Positions 29,449 through 40,146 of a DNA stretch of 64,000 nucleotides are shown in pieces. The stretch is taken from IMG/VR virus record IMGVR_UViG_3300002460_000003, positions 24,042 through 88,041 of that record; one strand, 5' to 3'. Below the pieces are notes generated by a model. The model ran no database searches. It saw only the letters and a list, made by a program, of their open reading frames with translations, and was not told the DNA's origin. Position 1 is the first letter of the stretch. Each line of letters begins with the position of its first letter. A program made the translations under genes and the position numbers. This stretch comes from a virus.

Positions 29449-29688
29449 TTAGGTGGCTGTCAAGCTTTCTTTAAGCTCTTTGAATCCACCTACGTACTGC
29501 TCTAGTTTAAAGATTTGAGGGACTGCCCTCGGCGCTGGTAAGTCTAGCTTTTCAAACAATAAAAAGAAATCCTCACGAGACACATCCTCACCCACCTTCT
29601 TGTATTCAAACAGCAACCCCCTAGATTCTAGCAGAGCAGTTGCTTGAACGCAATATGTACAATTTTCTTTCCCGTATACAACAAACAT
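29449..29688 (-). CDS. glutaredoxin
   Basis: CTYC active site, VPQIF, YVGGF. Confidence 0.92.
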   Translation of the reverse strand: MFVVYGKENCTYCVQATALLESRGLLFEYKKVGEDVSREDFFLLFEKLDLPAPRAVPQIFKLEQYVGGFKELKESLTAT

Positions 29689-29710
29689 TATTTTACCCTC
29701 AGATTTATAT

Positions 29711-30787
29711 TTAAAAGCCTAAGTCATCAAAGTCGATGTTATCAGTATCATCTTTCACAGACCCAACTTTGTAGGAGGTTAACTGAATCTCTTGTGGTGC
29801 AACCTGCATCTTTGAGCTGTCAATATACTTATCCATGTAAGAGCATGGATTCTTTTCAATCACTTGGAAATCAAATGGGATACCCAACGCATCATACAGG
29901 GGCTTAGCCATATAGAGTGTGTACTCTTGAAGTAATTCAGCAGTAAGGCCAATCACCTGCCTACCCTCACTGAAGAGATACTTTGCATTCTTTACTTCTT
30001 GTGCAGTGATTGCATCCAATACACCCTTAATCTCATCTTTAAGTTCAGAGAAAGTCTTCAACCACTCTTTGTCTTGTTTAAGGATGTTTAAGATTGCGTA
30101 GTCCATACGAGTATGCAAGACTTCATCACGAGCAATCAGGGTTACTAAAGAGCCAATGCCTTGAAAGATACCAGTCTCAGCAATAGCAAAAGTAACGGCG
30201 AAACTACTCATGAATGCAATTGCCTCAAGGGCAAACAGTGCAGTAAATGCAAGAGCAATAGCCTTACGTTTCTCTTCCAAGGTAGCCGTGGTTGGTAGTG
30301 ATTCAAGTTGATCAAATGCTCTAACAATGGCTTCGCTACGAGAGACAATATCTACGTTATTATAAGTATCACGTAGCACTTGGTTTGGGTTCAGAACAGT
30401 CTGTTTGACAATATGACTGTATGTCCGAGCATGGATTGTCTCAAAGAAACTCCATGCGTTAATCATACCCTCTAGTTCAGAGTTAGTCACATAACGCATC
30501 AACAGACCAGCAATAGACTTAGATGCCACAGAATCTGCAAGAAACTGCCACGAGATAGTTTTCACCATTAGGTCAACAACATCTTTTGGTGCATTGATCA
30601 TGTCTTGTTTATCTTGGCTAAGAGATACCTCATTCTCATTCCAGATTTGACTTACCTGTTTTTGGTACAGATCTTCAAGTTCTGGATAAGCCACATTGAT
30701 TGTATCAAACAGTCCTAAGTCTTCTCCAAGAAACAGCGGGTATTTGTTTGTTTCAAATCCTTTATTATTTACATTAAATACAGACAC
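29711..30787 (-). CDS. nrdB: ribonucleotide reductase class Ia beta subunit
   Basis: ETIHARTY, LEAIAF and RDEVLH iron/radical motifs. Confidence 0.95.
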   Translation of the reverse strand: MSVFNVNNKGFETNKYPLFLGEDLGLFDTINVAYPELEDLYQKQVSQIWNENEVSLSQDKQDMINAPKDVVDLMVKTISWQFLADSVASKSIAGLLMRYVTNSELEGMINAWSFFETIHARTYSHIVKQTVLNPNQVLRDTYNNVDIVSRSEAIVRAFDQLESLPTTATLEEKRKAIALAFTALFALEAIAFMSSFAVTFAIAETGIFQGIGSLVTLIARDEVLHTRMDYAILNILKQDKEWLKTFSELKDEIKGVLDAITAQEVKNAKYLFSEGRQVIGLTAELLQEYTLYMAKPLYDALGIPFDFQVIEKNPCSYMDKYIDSSKMQVAPQEIQLTSYKVGSVKDDTDNIDFDDLGF

Positions 30788-30831
30788 ATTTATCTCCTAA
30801 AGAGGGCTACGTGTGTAGCCCTTGTAGTATA

Positions 30832-33015
30832 TTAAAGTTTGCAGCTTTCGCAAGCCTCTTCCTCTTCTTCAGCACCAAGAAGCTCTTGGATGCCACCGCC
30901 ATTGTAATCACGAGTATTCATGTAGTATTGGGTTTTGTTGCCAAGCTTAGCCTGAGCAACCCATTCTTTCATAAGTTCACTGAGTGGCTTCTTCTCATCC
31001 TCATATTTACTTGGGTCAAAGTAGTAATCTGCACTAATAGCCTGATCTGAGAAATCTTGAACTCGGGAATAATACTTTGCTAGCGTTGTGTTGTCAACAT
31101 CCCAAGCCAGTAGATTACCTTTCGACCACTCTTTACATATATATTGAATAACACCTTTACGGGACTTCTTATTAATTACAGGTTGACGAATCGGGTATAA
31201 ACTGTTTGGTGCATCACAGAACAAAGCACTTGACTCAGTAGGCATGTGAGCTACCAGCACTGAATGCTTACGCCCTTTACCCCTCAGCGATTCCCAATCA
31301 AGTACAGGAATATAACCCTTGTTGAATCTTGTGTCCATAGGGAGCCAATCTTTCTTAATACCTTCTACAACATAGCCACTCTCTTTACTCAATTGCTGTG
31401 AAGCTTTCAGTAAATAGAAGTAGTGATATTCTGCAAGCTTGCTTACGAAGTTGAAAGACTCTTCACTACCATCATAATCCAATCCATTCTTATACAAAGC
31501 AGATGCAAGCCCTGTGATACCAATACCCGCACTTCGTCGTTTCATAATGCTGGCTTTCATAGAGTTTGTCATCATTGGTGCTTTGTCAATCATCTTATCT
31601 ACAGCTTTCAGGGCAACACTTGCAATATGTTCATATTCGGCAAATGCAACCTTAGCAGCATTGATGGCGGCCAGTGTACAAAAAGCTGTCTCTCCGCTGG
31701 ACTGCTCTGCATAAAGGTCTTGCATATCTTTATAAGACTTTGTTACTAGACAAATTTCTTGGCACAAGTTAGACAGACGAACTATATCGATAAAAGGTGT
31801 ATGTTCATTTACACGAGTGACGTTAATTGAGTAGACGCGACCAGTCTCATTACGTGCAATCAATACACTCTTCAACAAGTCTCGTGCTTTAAGTTTCTTA
31901 AACTTCTTACCACAGGCGATGGCTTTATTTACAACTTCATTATATTCAACAGCTTTCAAGACATAGAAAGCATCGTGAGCTTCTGGGGCTTCAACTAGGT
32001 CAAACAAATACCAGTCTTCATTGTTAATTACAGCCTGTAAAAAAGCATCATTGTAAGCAAAACTATAGTCCATCTTATCCAGACGGGTTTCAATATCCAC
32101 TCGCTGAGTCTTCCACATTACAATGCTTTCAACTTCAGGATCAATACACTTAAACGTTACTGTTGCACTACCACCGCGAGAGACTTGAGTAAACATCTTA
32201 ACTGCTTTATCAAGTGTAGCGTAGATGCTATGTTTACCAAGATGCTCTACAGCACCACCCTTTACAGGGGAACCCTTAGAGCGTGTGTCAAACTCAATAC
32301 CAATACCAGCTTTCTTTGCTGTCATCTTATAGGCAATGTGTTCTGCAACACCAATACTGTCTACGGTATCTCCGCCTGTAATAATGCAGCAACTAATGGT
32401 GTCAAAGTCCCCTGTACGGATACCATTGAGTGCGGGTGTAGGGAGATTTACTTTACCCTCAATCAAAGCTTTAGCTAGATCAAAAGCATCCTTAGAGTCC
32501 CCATGTAATCCTAGTCCAATACCAAGACAACCAATATGAGGAGTCTCTACAGGTACACCACCTTTACGAATAGCATACTTATCCCCCCATTGAACAATCT
32601 GCCAGTATTCTAGATGATTCTGATAAACCTCTTTGTACCAACCCTCCCATACTGCGTTATATTGTGGCATTGTCTCCTTATCCCACACACCATTTTTAAT
32701 CATGGCATTGTAGATAGTTTCAAAGCTATCCTGATCACTCACTCCAAGTAACCGCTCCATATTCTTTCGCAGGCTGGCCTGTTCTAGACGTGCTGCAATA
32801 CGAGAGTAACCAATCTCTTCCTTGTCCAAACAAACATTAATCATTGTCTGGTGAATATCCGATGCTTTAGCTGTCTCTGGTAGACGTTTGTAAGTTGAGA
32901 GTGCAATCTCCGACCAGTCCCCTCCAGTCTTGGTTGCATATTGTGCCCACTTATTAAGCTTCTCTGCTCGAAACTCTTCAATACTCCCATCGTATTTGAT
33001 CACATTTTTTAACAA
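30832..33015 (-). CDS. nrdA: ribonucleotide reductase class Ia alpha subunit
   Basis: N-terminal ATP-cone-like VIKYDG, PTP, SCC, NLCQEI, C-terminal CESCKL. Confidence 0.95.
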   Translation of the reverse strand: MLKNVIKYDGSIEEFRAEKLNKWAQYATKTGGDWSEIALSTYKRLPETAKASDIHQTMINVCLDKEEIGYSRIAARLEQASLRKNMERLLGVSDQDSFETIYNAMIKNGVWDKETMPQYNAVWEGWYKEVYQNHLEYWQIVQWGDKYAIRKGGVPVETPHIGCLGIGLGLHGDSKDAFDLAKALIEGKVNLPTPALNGIRTGDFDTISCCIITGGDTVDSIGVAEHIAYKMTAKKAGIGIEFDTRSKGSPVKGGAVEHLGKHSIYATLDKAVKMFTQVSRGGSATVTFKCIDPEVESIVMWKTQRVDIETRLDKMDYSFAYNDAFLQAVINNEDWYLFDLVEAPEAHDAFYVLKAVEYNEVVNKAIACGKKFKKLKARDLLKSVLIARNETGRVYSINVTRVNEHTPFIDIVRLSNLCQEICLVTKSYKDMQDLYAEQSSGETAFCTLAAINAAKVAFAEYEHIASVALKAVDKMIDKAPMMTNSMKASIMKRRSAGIGITGLASALYKNGLDYDGSEESFNFVSKLAEYHYFYLLKASQQLSKESGYVVEGIKKDWLPMDTRFNKGYIPVLDWESLRGKGRKHSVLVAHMPTESSALFCDAPNSLYPIRQPVINKKSRKGVIQYICKEWSKGNLLAWDVDNTTLAKYYSRVQDFSDQAISADYYFDPSKYEDEKKPLSELMKEWVAQAKLGNKTQYYMNTRDYNGGGIQELLGAEEEEEACESCKL

Positions 33016-33033
33016 GTCCTACTCCTTATTTAC

Positions 33034-33435
33034 TCAGTTGTTTTTATTTCGTTCATTATTAACAGCAGACTTACCAGCTTTCTCATCAACAAAGGCTTTA
33101 TCAGCACTTCCTTGATTACCCATCATAATAAGTTCACTTCGTAGTTCAGGGTCACGGATACAAGCTACCTTACATTCCCATGACATATTACCAGACAACT
33201 CCCACTGACGATCAGTTCGCTCTACCCCGTTATACCGACCACCAAACCACGGTGTATTGTCTTTCTTTGTTAGTGGTCGATGGTTACATTCATCAATGTG
33301 GTAGGGTTGTTCAGTGTCTAGCCCAAGGGAATATAGAACAGCTTCTAGAGTTTTCTTATCTTCATTCAGGATTGCTTTCTTAGCTACATCGTATTGCATT
33401 AGGTCATACAACGAGATTGATCGTGGTGTACTCAT
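33034..33435 (-). CDS. hypothetical protein
   Basis: 133 aa, AAGGAG RBS. Confidence 0.65.
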   Translation of the reverse strand: MSTPRSISLYDLMQYDVAKKAILNEDKKTLEAVLYSLGLDTEQPYHIDECNHRPLTKKDNTPWFGGRYNGVERTDRQWELSGNMSWECKVACIRDPELRSELIMMGNQGSADKAFVDEKAGKSAVNNERNKNN

Positions 33436-33445
33436 ATGTTACTCC

Positions 33446-33664
33446 TTATTCATCATTATTAAATTCTTCAATCGCTTCTCGTGGACTGTCGCCATTACAG
33501 TACATTTCCATAAACTCAGCAGCATTGTCGCAGAAGATGAGAAAGGCATCCTCTTTCTTAATGTTGAAGAAGCTGCGTTTCTTAATCAGGTTCATTAAGT
33601 CGTTGAGCCAGATATCAAGTGGATAATCAGCTAACTCTTTAAATGGGAAAGTTTGTTCTTTCAT
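33446..33664 (-). CDS. hypothetical protein
   Basis: 72 aa, GAGGAG RBS. Confidence 0.6.
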   Translation of the reverse strand: MKEQTFPFKELADYPLDIWLNDLMNLIKKRSFFNIKKEDAFLIFCDNAAEFMEMYCNGDSPREAIEEFNNDE

Positions 33665-33665
33665 T

Positions 33666-34388
33666 TTAGTTCTCCTCTAGTAATGCTTTGTAACTAACAG
33701 GGAAAAGTTCTTTTACAATGTCAGCTACTTGTTCAGCCACAATTCTAGTTTCATATTGGGTATCTTTCTTTAAGCGTAGCTTGAGCATATCGCAGAACGC
33801 ACCAAGTGTACCACTCCATACCCAAGTCGTCATCATTGATTGTGGCAATACCATGCGTGCTTCCTCTGCACAAACGCCTAAATCAAGTAGTGTATTGTAT
33901 GTCTCTAGTGCTGCTTTGTTTACTTCTTCAGGACGATAGATGCAATTACCTTCAACGTTCTCAATATGATCAATTACACTAATATCCACAGCTTCTTCAG
34001 AACTACCTTGCTTTACATTCTCAGCAGCCTTACGCCATGACTCAGGTGTGTAGAACTCAGGGTCATCTTTTACATACCGACGACTAACTTCATTCCAAGG
34101 CATAAACTTATGCTTCACCAGTTGACGTGCTACAAACACTGGTGCTTTTACACGAACACTGATAAAGCTGTGGTTGAATGGGCTGAAGTGCTTGTGTTTG
34201 GCAAGGTAATTAATAAGCTTTACATCTGAAACCTTGAGGTGCCCCTTTTCATCCCAACAAAGCCCACCCTCCTCATCATAGTAATCATGCTCCAGCTCAC
34301 TCTGCTTATCAAAAGAAGTTCTTGCTGCATCAACCACCGAAAGATCGTCACCACAATGGTTAATATATTCCACTTTAATCTGACTCAT
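33666..34388 (-). CDS. thyX: flavin-dependent thymidylate synthase
   Basis: DAARTSF, HFSPF, ARQLVKHK...NEVSRRY, ARMVLP and TQYE motifs. Confidence 0.93.
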   Translation of the reverse strand: MSQIKVEYINHCGDDLSVVDAARTSFDKQSELEHDYYDEEGGLCWDEKGHLKVSDVKLINYLAKHKHFSPFNHSFISVRVKAPVFVARQLVKHKFMPWNEVSRRYVKDDPEFYTPESWRKAAENVKQGSSEEAVDISVIDHIENVEGNCIYRPEEVNKAALETYNTLLDLGVCAEEARMVLPQSMMTTWVWSGTLGAFCDMLKLRLKKDTQYETRIVAEQVADIVKELFPVSYKALLEEN

Positions 34389-34557
34389 TCTTCCTCTCCT
34401 TTATCTTCCAAATTCTTTTTGTATTCTAGCATCTCCAAGTGCTGTTGCCAAGTATCGGCTGCAAACACTTCTAGTTCATACATCATACCTGTAGCTTTAA
34501 AACTATTGAAGGTTTCCTCTGAATCAACCCAAAAGAAATATTTGTCACTTGGTAGTT

Positions 34558-35037
34558 TCATTTGTAAACCTCTGGAACAAACTTGCCAATATCCGGTGAC
34601 TCATGATGCTTCAACTTCATTACCTTGTTATCTACATTACGTTTTACAGTGTAGTAAAGCTCTCCATCATACTGTACAGACTCAACATAACACTCTTCTC
34701 CTTTATCTGCAAGGCATTCCTTACTCTCAGCGGCATAAGTATAGCTTGTAGTGAACTTGCTATCATTGTTCTCACATACAGCGTCCCACGCTTTCTTAGT
34801 GTCTACTTCCCCAGCGATTAGCAAGTCTTCCATGTATTCATTAGTGTAGCGTACATCAAGGAATCCATCAAGTACAGCCTGCATGTTCTCTTCTTCACAA
34901 GCATCAAGAAGTTCTTTTGCCTCCTCATACACACGTTCTGCTTGATGCTTCAGTTGTTTCCAGTATTCATAATCAGCCCCCATGTGTGGTGCATTGCCGC
35001 TGATTACATTAAATTTAGTTACACGGTAGTTACTCAC
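34558..35037 (-). CDS. MazG-like nucleotide pyrophosphohydrolase
   Basis: EEAKEL...LDGFLD...VCENNDSK...KVMK pattern. Confidence 0.7.
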   Translation of the reverse strand: MSNYRVTKFNVISGNAPHMGADYEYWKQLKHQAERVYEEAKELLDACEEENMQAVLDGFLDVRYTNEYMEDLLIAGEVDTKKAWDAVCENNDSKFTTSYTYAAESKECLADKGEECYVESVQYDGELYYTVKRNVDNKVMKLKHHESPDIGKFVPEVYK

Positions 35038-35315
35038 TGTTTCTCCTTCAGTTTAATTTCAAATTCATTAATAACATCCGACAACTCATTCACTTCTTTA
35101 GTCATACTATCGAAAATATCCTGCCTCTTTTCATTCAGGTATTCTAGATACTCACCACCCAACTCAAGCATTCGCGTTCGGTACTCTTCAATTGGTTCCT
35201 CCCAAATCTGTACACCTTGCCCATTCCACATTGTACCACGAGCAAACTTAGCCTCTTTACTAAGCTTCTCTTTAATCTTAGAAATTGTCTCATGAATATC
35301 ATCAAACTCAGACAT
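35034..35315 (-). CDS. hypothetical protein
   Basis: 93 aa, AAGGAGG RBS. Confidence 0.6.
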   Translation of the reverse strand: MSEFDDIHETISKIKEKLSKEAKFARGTMWNGQGVQIWEEPIEEYRTRMLELGGEYLEYLNEKRQDIFDSMTKEVNELSDVINEFEIKLKEKQ

Positions 35316-35324
35316 ACTCCCTCC

Positions 35325-35873
35325 TTATAAATATCGACTACAAATCTTATTAACAACTTCATCATCCCAAACACCAAATGACATTTCAACTTCACACTGA
35401 ACATCTTGTGTATATGGTGTATTAAACAGTATTCGCTTCTCTTTGTCAAACCCCTTTAATTGACTCATACGATCATCAATCATTGCTACAACAGAGCCAT
35501 TCATTCCCCACTTCTCTTTAGTGAGCATTACACCAGACTTAAAAGGAAACCACTCATCCAGCCAATAGTACTTAGTCTTGCTGTGCATTCCCTTGTGTTG
35601 GCTGATGAAGAAGATATCGAAGTGCTCAGAGAGCTTTTCAAGCGCTTCAACACTACCTTGTATCGGGGAAAACTGACTGTAATCAAGCGTTCTCCAGTAG
35701 TGCAATGGGTCAGCCACAGAGGGGAACAACTCACTTAAATTGTATGGTAATTCCCCGACGATTTCTACTTCATTCTCAAATCCATTGTGGTATTGAAGGT
35801 ACTGTATCCACCCCTCATCAGAGGGGCAAACACAGAGGTCAACATCGCACCCCAAGATGGGCTTAGTCACCAT
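35325..35873 (-). CDS. HAD-family 5'(3')-deoxyribonucleotidase-like protein
   Basis: DVD motif I, K..WL..FP, MIDDR motif IV. Confidence 0.8.
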   Translation of the reverse strand: MVTKPILGCDVDLCVCPSDEGWIQYLQYHNGFENEVEIVGELPYNLSELFPSVADPLHYWRTLDYSQFSPIQGSVEALEKLSEHFDIFFISQHKGMHSKTKYYWLDEWFPFKSGVMLTKEKWGMNGSVVAMIDDRMSQLKGFDKEKRILFNTPYTQDVQCEVEMSFGVWDDEVVNKICSRYL

Positions 35874-36351
35874 ACTGTAGTTCCAAGATCAGTTCAAGGT
35901 AGTGAATTGCCTTTTCAATATCAGCCTTACCATTCTTCAGCTTGTGGCGAGTTGTGTATTTAATCACATTCCCTTGGAAGTAATCAAGACCGTTAGCTTG
36001 AATATACTCAACTGGTTGAATCTTACAACCTTTGTAATGGCCCCCACTCACTTGCTTGTCTAGTGCCGATAGTGGGTTGGTTGTGTAAACCTCAACACTG
36101 TCTTCTTTAGTATTCAGAAGGACTAGTGGGTTTGTACCAAAACTTTCAACACCAATATAACCCTCTGCATTCCCGGGCTTACTAGTCCACAATCCAGAGT
36201 CGTAGGCTTTGATAGTCCAACCCGGTTCCCCATAGTATCCCTCATCAGTAAAAGAAATAAGTTCTACATATTTAGAACAATCCTGCTCTAATAAACCCCA
36301 ACCAGTCTCTTTAATCAAAACAACATCACCAGATTTCAAATCACTATTCAT
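35863..36351 (-). CDS. DUF3310-domain protein
   Basis: QVSGGHY..IQP..GNVIKY..K.G..DIEKA..YL. Confidence 0.85.
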   Translation of the reverse strand: MNSDLKSGDVVLIKETGWGLLEQDCSKYVELISFTDEGYYGEPGWTIKAYDSGLWTSKPGNAEGYIGVESFGTNPLVLLNTKEDSVEVYTTNPLSALDKQVSGGHYKGCKIQPVEYIQANGLDYFQGNVIKYTTRHKLKNGKADIEKAIHYLELILELQYGD

Positions 36352-36360
36352 ATTTACTCC

Positions 36361-37140
36361 TTACAAATATTTTTCTAATAGGTATTTAAGAGAAACAAAA
36401 CAAGGATCATATTTACCCTCGCTCACTTGGTTCTTCATGACAACACCACGCCAGTGAGACTTATTCCCTTGGCTTCCCATGTAACCTTCATCATGCATAT
36501 AAAATGCACCAGCTACAAGCCCTTGTCGTGCCTCACCATCTGGTAGGAACTGAATACCGTATTGCAGCGTTTGTTGATGGCCCATGCTGAATGACCAACC
36601 CAAGTTCTTCAACTTAGCATCAATATTACCACCTACACAGTTTTTCAGCAAGCTATTTGGATTAACAAAGTAATGACTATACCGAATACCATCGATATTG
36701 ACAATCTCTAGAAAATCATGACACTCCCAGCCTGCTTCAGCAAAGCCAAGGTCATCAACTGAAATAAGACCTTCTAGTTTACGATCATTCTCAATAGCCC
36801 GCTCAATCCGCGCCTGGTCATGATTTCCGTAGCACATAACCATTCGTGGTTTATACTGCTTCTTACGGTTCAATGCTTGCCGCATGTTGTATTCTTTGAG
36901 TGGACCTAGTAAAACATCCATTGCTTTACGTGAAGATTCAATATCTTTCGTATACATACGACCCTCGAAAGACTTCTTACCCACATCATAGGAACTTAAA
37001 CTAGGCATATCTGCCCAATCGCCGATCATTACAATAACTTCTGGTTGTTTTTTAACGATGTAATTTCCCAATGCTTCAAGATGCTGAAGTGGTACACCAT
37101 CTTTTGCTTGTACATCTGGAATAAACAAATGTCGAGTCAA
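36361..37140 (-). CDS. calcineurin-like metallophosphoesterase
   Basis: IPD, GDWAD, GNHD, SH and GH motifs. Confidence 0.88.
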   Translation of the reverse strand: MTRHLFIPDVQAKDGVPLQHLEALGNYIVKKQPEVIVMIGDWADMPSLSSYDVGKKSFEGRMYTKDIESSRKAMDVLLGPLKEYNMRQALNRKKQYKPRMVMCYGNHDQARIERAIENDRKLEGLISVDDLGFAEAGWECHDFLEIVNIDGIRYSHYFVNPNSLLKNCVGGNIDAKLKNLGWSFSMGHQQTLQYGIQFLPDGEARQGLVAGAFYMHDEGYMGSQGNKSHWRGVVMKNQVSEGKYDPCFVSLKYLLEKYL

Positions 37141-37141
37141 C

Positions 37142-37393
37142 TTATTCTCCTTTCAATTTAAGATATGATTCTAAACTCACATGACTAAACTCAACTAACG
37201 TAGCGTAAAGATTGTACTTCTCTGCCGCATTAAGAGTTTGAAAGCTATCAAGACTAGCATCAAGCGTGCCAAGAAAGAACTCAAAGTGTGCTCTCAAACT
37301 CTGCTCACTGATATGTACATCACCAGATGATACTTTGTGTGGAGTGTTTTCTCTACTTGGGAATTGATATATATTGTCATCTTTATCAGTCAT
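37142..37393 (-). CDS. hypothetical protein
   Basis: GGAGG RBS, about 83 aa. Confidence 0.55.
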   Translation of the reverse strand: MTDKDDNIYQFPSRENTPHKVSSGDVHISEQSLRAHFEFFLGTLDASLDSFQTLNAAEKYNLYATLVEFSHVSLESYLKLKGE

Positions 37394-37493
37394 CAAATAC
37401 CTCCAGTAATCTGAGTTAACCAGATATTGGCAAACACTCCCACTTGCACAAGAAGTGAGTAGTTGCTATAGCTCCAATAAAGCTCTTCACTAT

Positions 37494-37856
37494 TCATTTC
37501 TTTTTACCTCCAATATATTCAGTAGTTGGTGGTATTGGGAGATAAGTAGTAGAAACACAATCTGCAAGCTTAGTATTCATACTATAAGGTGTACATTTAG
37601 GACAACCACACGACAATCCCATAGGCTTCATTCTATCTTCTGGTGGCAGTGAATCAAATGCACAGGTGCTTGTAATAGAGCCACCTTTACCTAAGTTTCT
37701 ATCTCCCCATAGAGGTTCAGTTTGCCAGTAACTGGGGTCAACTTGGATATGATATTTATTCCTAAGTTGTGTATCAATATACCTGTTCACGATGAAAAGC
37801 TCTTTCTCAAGAGCATCAACTCTCTTCACTAAGGCATCCAAATCAATATCTGTCAT
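37494..37856 (-). CDS. hypothetical protein with CGCPKC motif
   Basis: Start MTDID after AGGAG. Confidence 0.6.
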   Translation of the reverse strand: MTDIDLDALVKRVDALEKELFIVNRYIDTQLRNKYHIQVDPSYWQTEPLWGDRNLGKGGSITSTCAFDSLPPEDRMKPMGLSCGCPKCTPYSMNTKLADCVSTTYLPIPPTTEYIGGKKK

Positions 37857-37994
37857 TTGTCTCCTCCTTATAAAACTCAAGAGCCAATTCATCTAACTCT
37901 CTACCAAAAGCATTAACATCTGCTTCTAATTGCTTTAGTCTGTCTTCAAAGTCAAGCATCTTTCGTGTTAGGATTTGGTAATCAATATCATCTA

Positions 37995-38210
37995 TCATTC
38001 TTCGTCCCTCAGAATCTTTAAACCCATCACTTTAGTGAAATCGGGAATCATATTCCCATTATAGATTAATCGCCATGTACCGTCTGGTAGTTGATCAAGA
38101 TGAATCATATTCTGTTTAGTTTTTACTGCTGTGGCTTTAGACAGCACAAGCACCTCACCAGTTCCCTCTAGCTCGATAGCTCGATAAGTGTCACCCTTCA
38201 TTTTGCTCAT
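37995..38210 (-). CDS. hypothetical protein
   Basis: 71-aa ORF overlapping the nuclease gene. Confidence 0.55.
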   Translation of the reverse strand: MSKMKGDTYRAIELEGTGEVLVLSKATAVKTKQNMIHLDQLPDGTWRLIYNGNMIPDFTKVMGLKILRDEE

Positions 38211-38733
38211 TCTTCAACACCTCTCTAATCAAATTACGTCGAGTTTCAGCATTCTTACTATAACCTGAAATACCATTTTTAGCTAGGAATTTATCTTGAT
38301 CTGATGCTTTTTGTTTACATAGGGCAATGACTTCACTTTCAATGATCGCATCAGCCAGTGGAATGTTCAGCTTCTGTGATAATGTAACGTGGGAATGGCA
38401 TGTATGGCACAACTCCCTAATGTCATCAAACGTCACCCATAGAATCATTTTAGCCCATTCTGTGAATGTTTGCCAATCTTTAAATCCGTAACCGCCCTCC
38501 AAATGATCAACCTCGCAAGTGCGTGACTGTTGCCCACACATCTCACAGTCACTACACCATACCTCTTTACCCTTCACACCAATAGGTGCTTTGTAACGTC
38601 TCTGTTGTTTGTAAGCAATTTTCACCGGATGGCGGGACCAGATGCGGCGGATTGAACCTCTTAGCCAATTGAAGTAGGCTTTCTCATCCTTCCAAGGTGA
38701 GTTTGGAATTTTCCATGGTTCTTTCATTCCCAT
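38191..38733 (-). CDS. HNH endonuclease
   Basis: CEMC...EVDH...LCHTCH motif. Confidence 0.8.
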   Translation of the reverse strand: MGMKEPWKIPNSPWKDEKAYFNWLRGSIRRIWSRHPVKIAYKQQRRYKAPIGVKGKEVWCSDCEMCGQQSRTCEVDHLEGGYGFKDWQTFTEWAKMILWVTFDDIRELCHTCHSHVTLSQKLNIPLADAIIESEVIALCKQKASDQDKFLAKNGISGYSKNAETRRNLIREVLKNEQNEG

Positions 38734-39062
38734 GCTGGTACGAACTTTTCTGTCTTCTGCTTCGTAACGTAATGAGCAGGGATGACTTGTTCAGGGACAA
38801 GCTCTTGATACTCTTCTACCTTGCAGTAGTCAACATCGTCCCACTCACAGCCCCAGTCATCGCTCCATGTACCATTTAGGGTGACACAAACCCCTAGGAA
38901 ATCAGAGGCATCAATATCATCATTCTTTAATTCCTCTACATCTGTTTGAGTGAATGTATGGCTCACCCATGCATAGAATGACGAACCTTTACGGTGCTCT
39001 TTCTCAAACTCACCGGCCTCTGCCACATAGTCTTGCAACTGTTCTTTAGTAATTTTATTCAT
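38724..39062 (-). CDS. hypothetical protein
   Basis: 112 aa, GGAGG RBS. Confidence 0.6.
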   Translation of the reverse strand: MNKITKEQLQDYVAEAGEFEKEHRKGSSFYAWVSHTFTQTDVEELKNDDIDASDFLGVCVTLNGTWSDDWGCEWDDVDYCKVEEYQELVPEQVIPAHYVTKQKTEKFVPAWE

Positions 39063-40140
39063 AATCCACCTCCATAGCTTTTAAAAAATCACGAACATGA
39101 CCAACATCTTTAGTAACATCTGTTCGCATCCTCAACAACCTAAACTGTTCGTTCAAATGGTCAAGCCAATTACGTTCGGATACATCACCCCTGAAAGATT
39201 TAAATGGTTGTTTCTCATCTCCGTAGAACGCTCTATAAGCCTCTACAACACGTTCAAATACTTCTTTAGGGCTTTGTGCATCTCCAACTAAAGCTCTTGC
39301 TGTCTTCTCTCCTAAACCCTTTCCTGAGCGCCTAATTGCATACTTCTTATGTAGTTCATCAGTAAGCTTTGGTAAGCCCGGAATTGAGTCAATTGTATCT
39401 CCGCTGAGGTGCTGACTTGCCAAGTTCTTAATAGCTTCAAGTGGTGTTATCTCAACTAATCCAAGTTCAGGTTTATCGAAGTTGTAGTGGATTTGTGGAT
39501 ATTGTCCTAAATCTTTATCACACCAAACCCCAACAACACTGAGCTTATCAAAGTCCCTCTTAGCTTTAATCCAACCTTTCCAAAGCTCCTGAGTTACAAT
39601 CTCATCTGTCTCAACACCTTCTGCTATAACCATATGTGCTTTGTATTTAGTCAACATGTATTCTTTGACAACATCATACAACAAAGGTTTACTTGGTCGT
39701 TCATTTTTATATGGTTGGGTCTGAGCAATATCATAACGGAAATTCTCACCAACACCAAAACAAATCTTGAAGTCTTTACACCAAGGCTGGTTTGTGATTA
39801 CCTCAATCTTAGATTTGAATCGCCCTTTAACAATTTGCTCTGGTGTTACAACAGCACCACTATAGTTAGTAGTCCCTGTAAGCAAACGAACACCAGCAAC
39901 AACTTCAAAAGCATCTGGTGAAACTTTATCCAATCCTTTCTCAATCTTTTTAGCATTCACTTCAGCAAGCCAACCACCTTCTTTTTTCCAGTGATCACCA
40001 AAGAAAGCTGTCTGGTTTTTAAACTCCCTAGTCCAGTTGGTTTCTTTGTGTGTGACAGTGACGAATGTTTCTTGAGCTGCTAGGGCAGCATGAATGATGA
40101 GAGTATCAACGTCAATTATTGCTGTGTATTGTTTAGTCAT
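39055..40140 (-). CDS. 5'-3' exonuclease (T7 gp6 / RNase H-like)
   Basis: IDVD, NFR..YK.ER, ETD, DKD, GDTIDSIPG and GEKTA motifs. Confidence 0.88.
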   Translation of the reverse strand: MTKQYTAIIDVDTLIIHAALAAQETFVTVTHKETNWTREFKNQTAFFGDHWKKEGGWLAEVNAKKIEKGLDKVSPDAFEVVAGVRLLTGTTNYSGAVVTPEQIVKGRFKSKIEVITNQPWCKDFKICFGVGENFRYDIAQTQPYKNERPSKPLLYDVVKEYMLTKYKAHMVIAEGVETDEIVTQELWKGWIKAKRDFDKLSVVGVWCDKDLGQYPQIHYNFDKPELGLVEITPLEAIKNLASQHLSGDTIDSIPGLPKLTDELHKKYAIRRSGKGLGEKTARALVGDAQSPKEVFERVVEAYRAFYGDEKQPFKSFRGDVSERNWLDHLNEQFRLLRMRTDVTKDVGHVRDFLKAMEVDYE

Positions 40141-40146
40141 AATACC

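Noticed and set aside
33666-34388. ThyX with KHK in place of RHR as an inactive enzyme
   Set aside because: All other motifs are intact; variation at this motif occurs in phage ThyX
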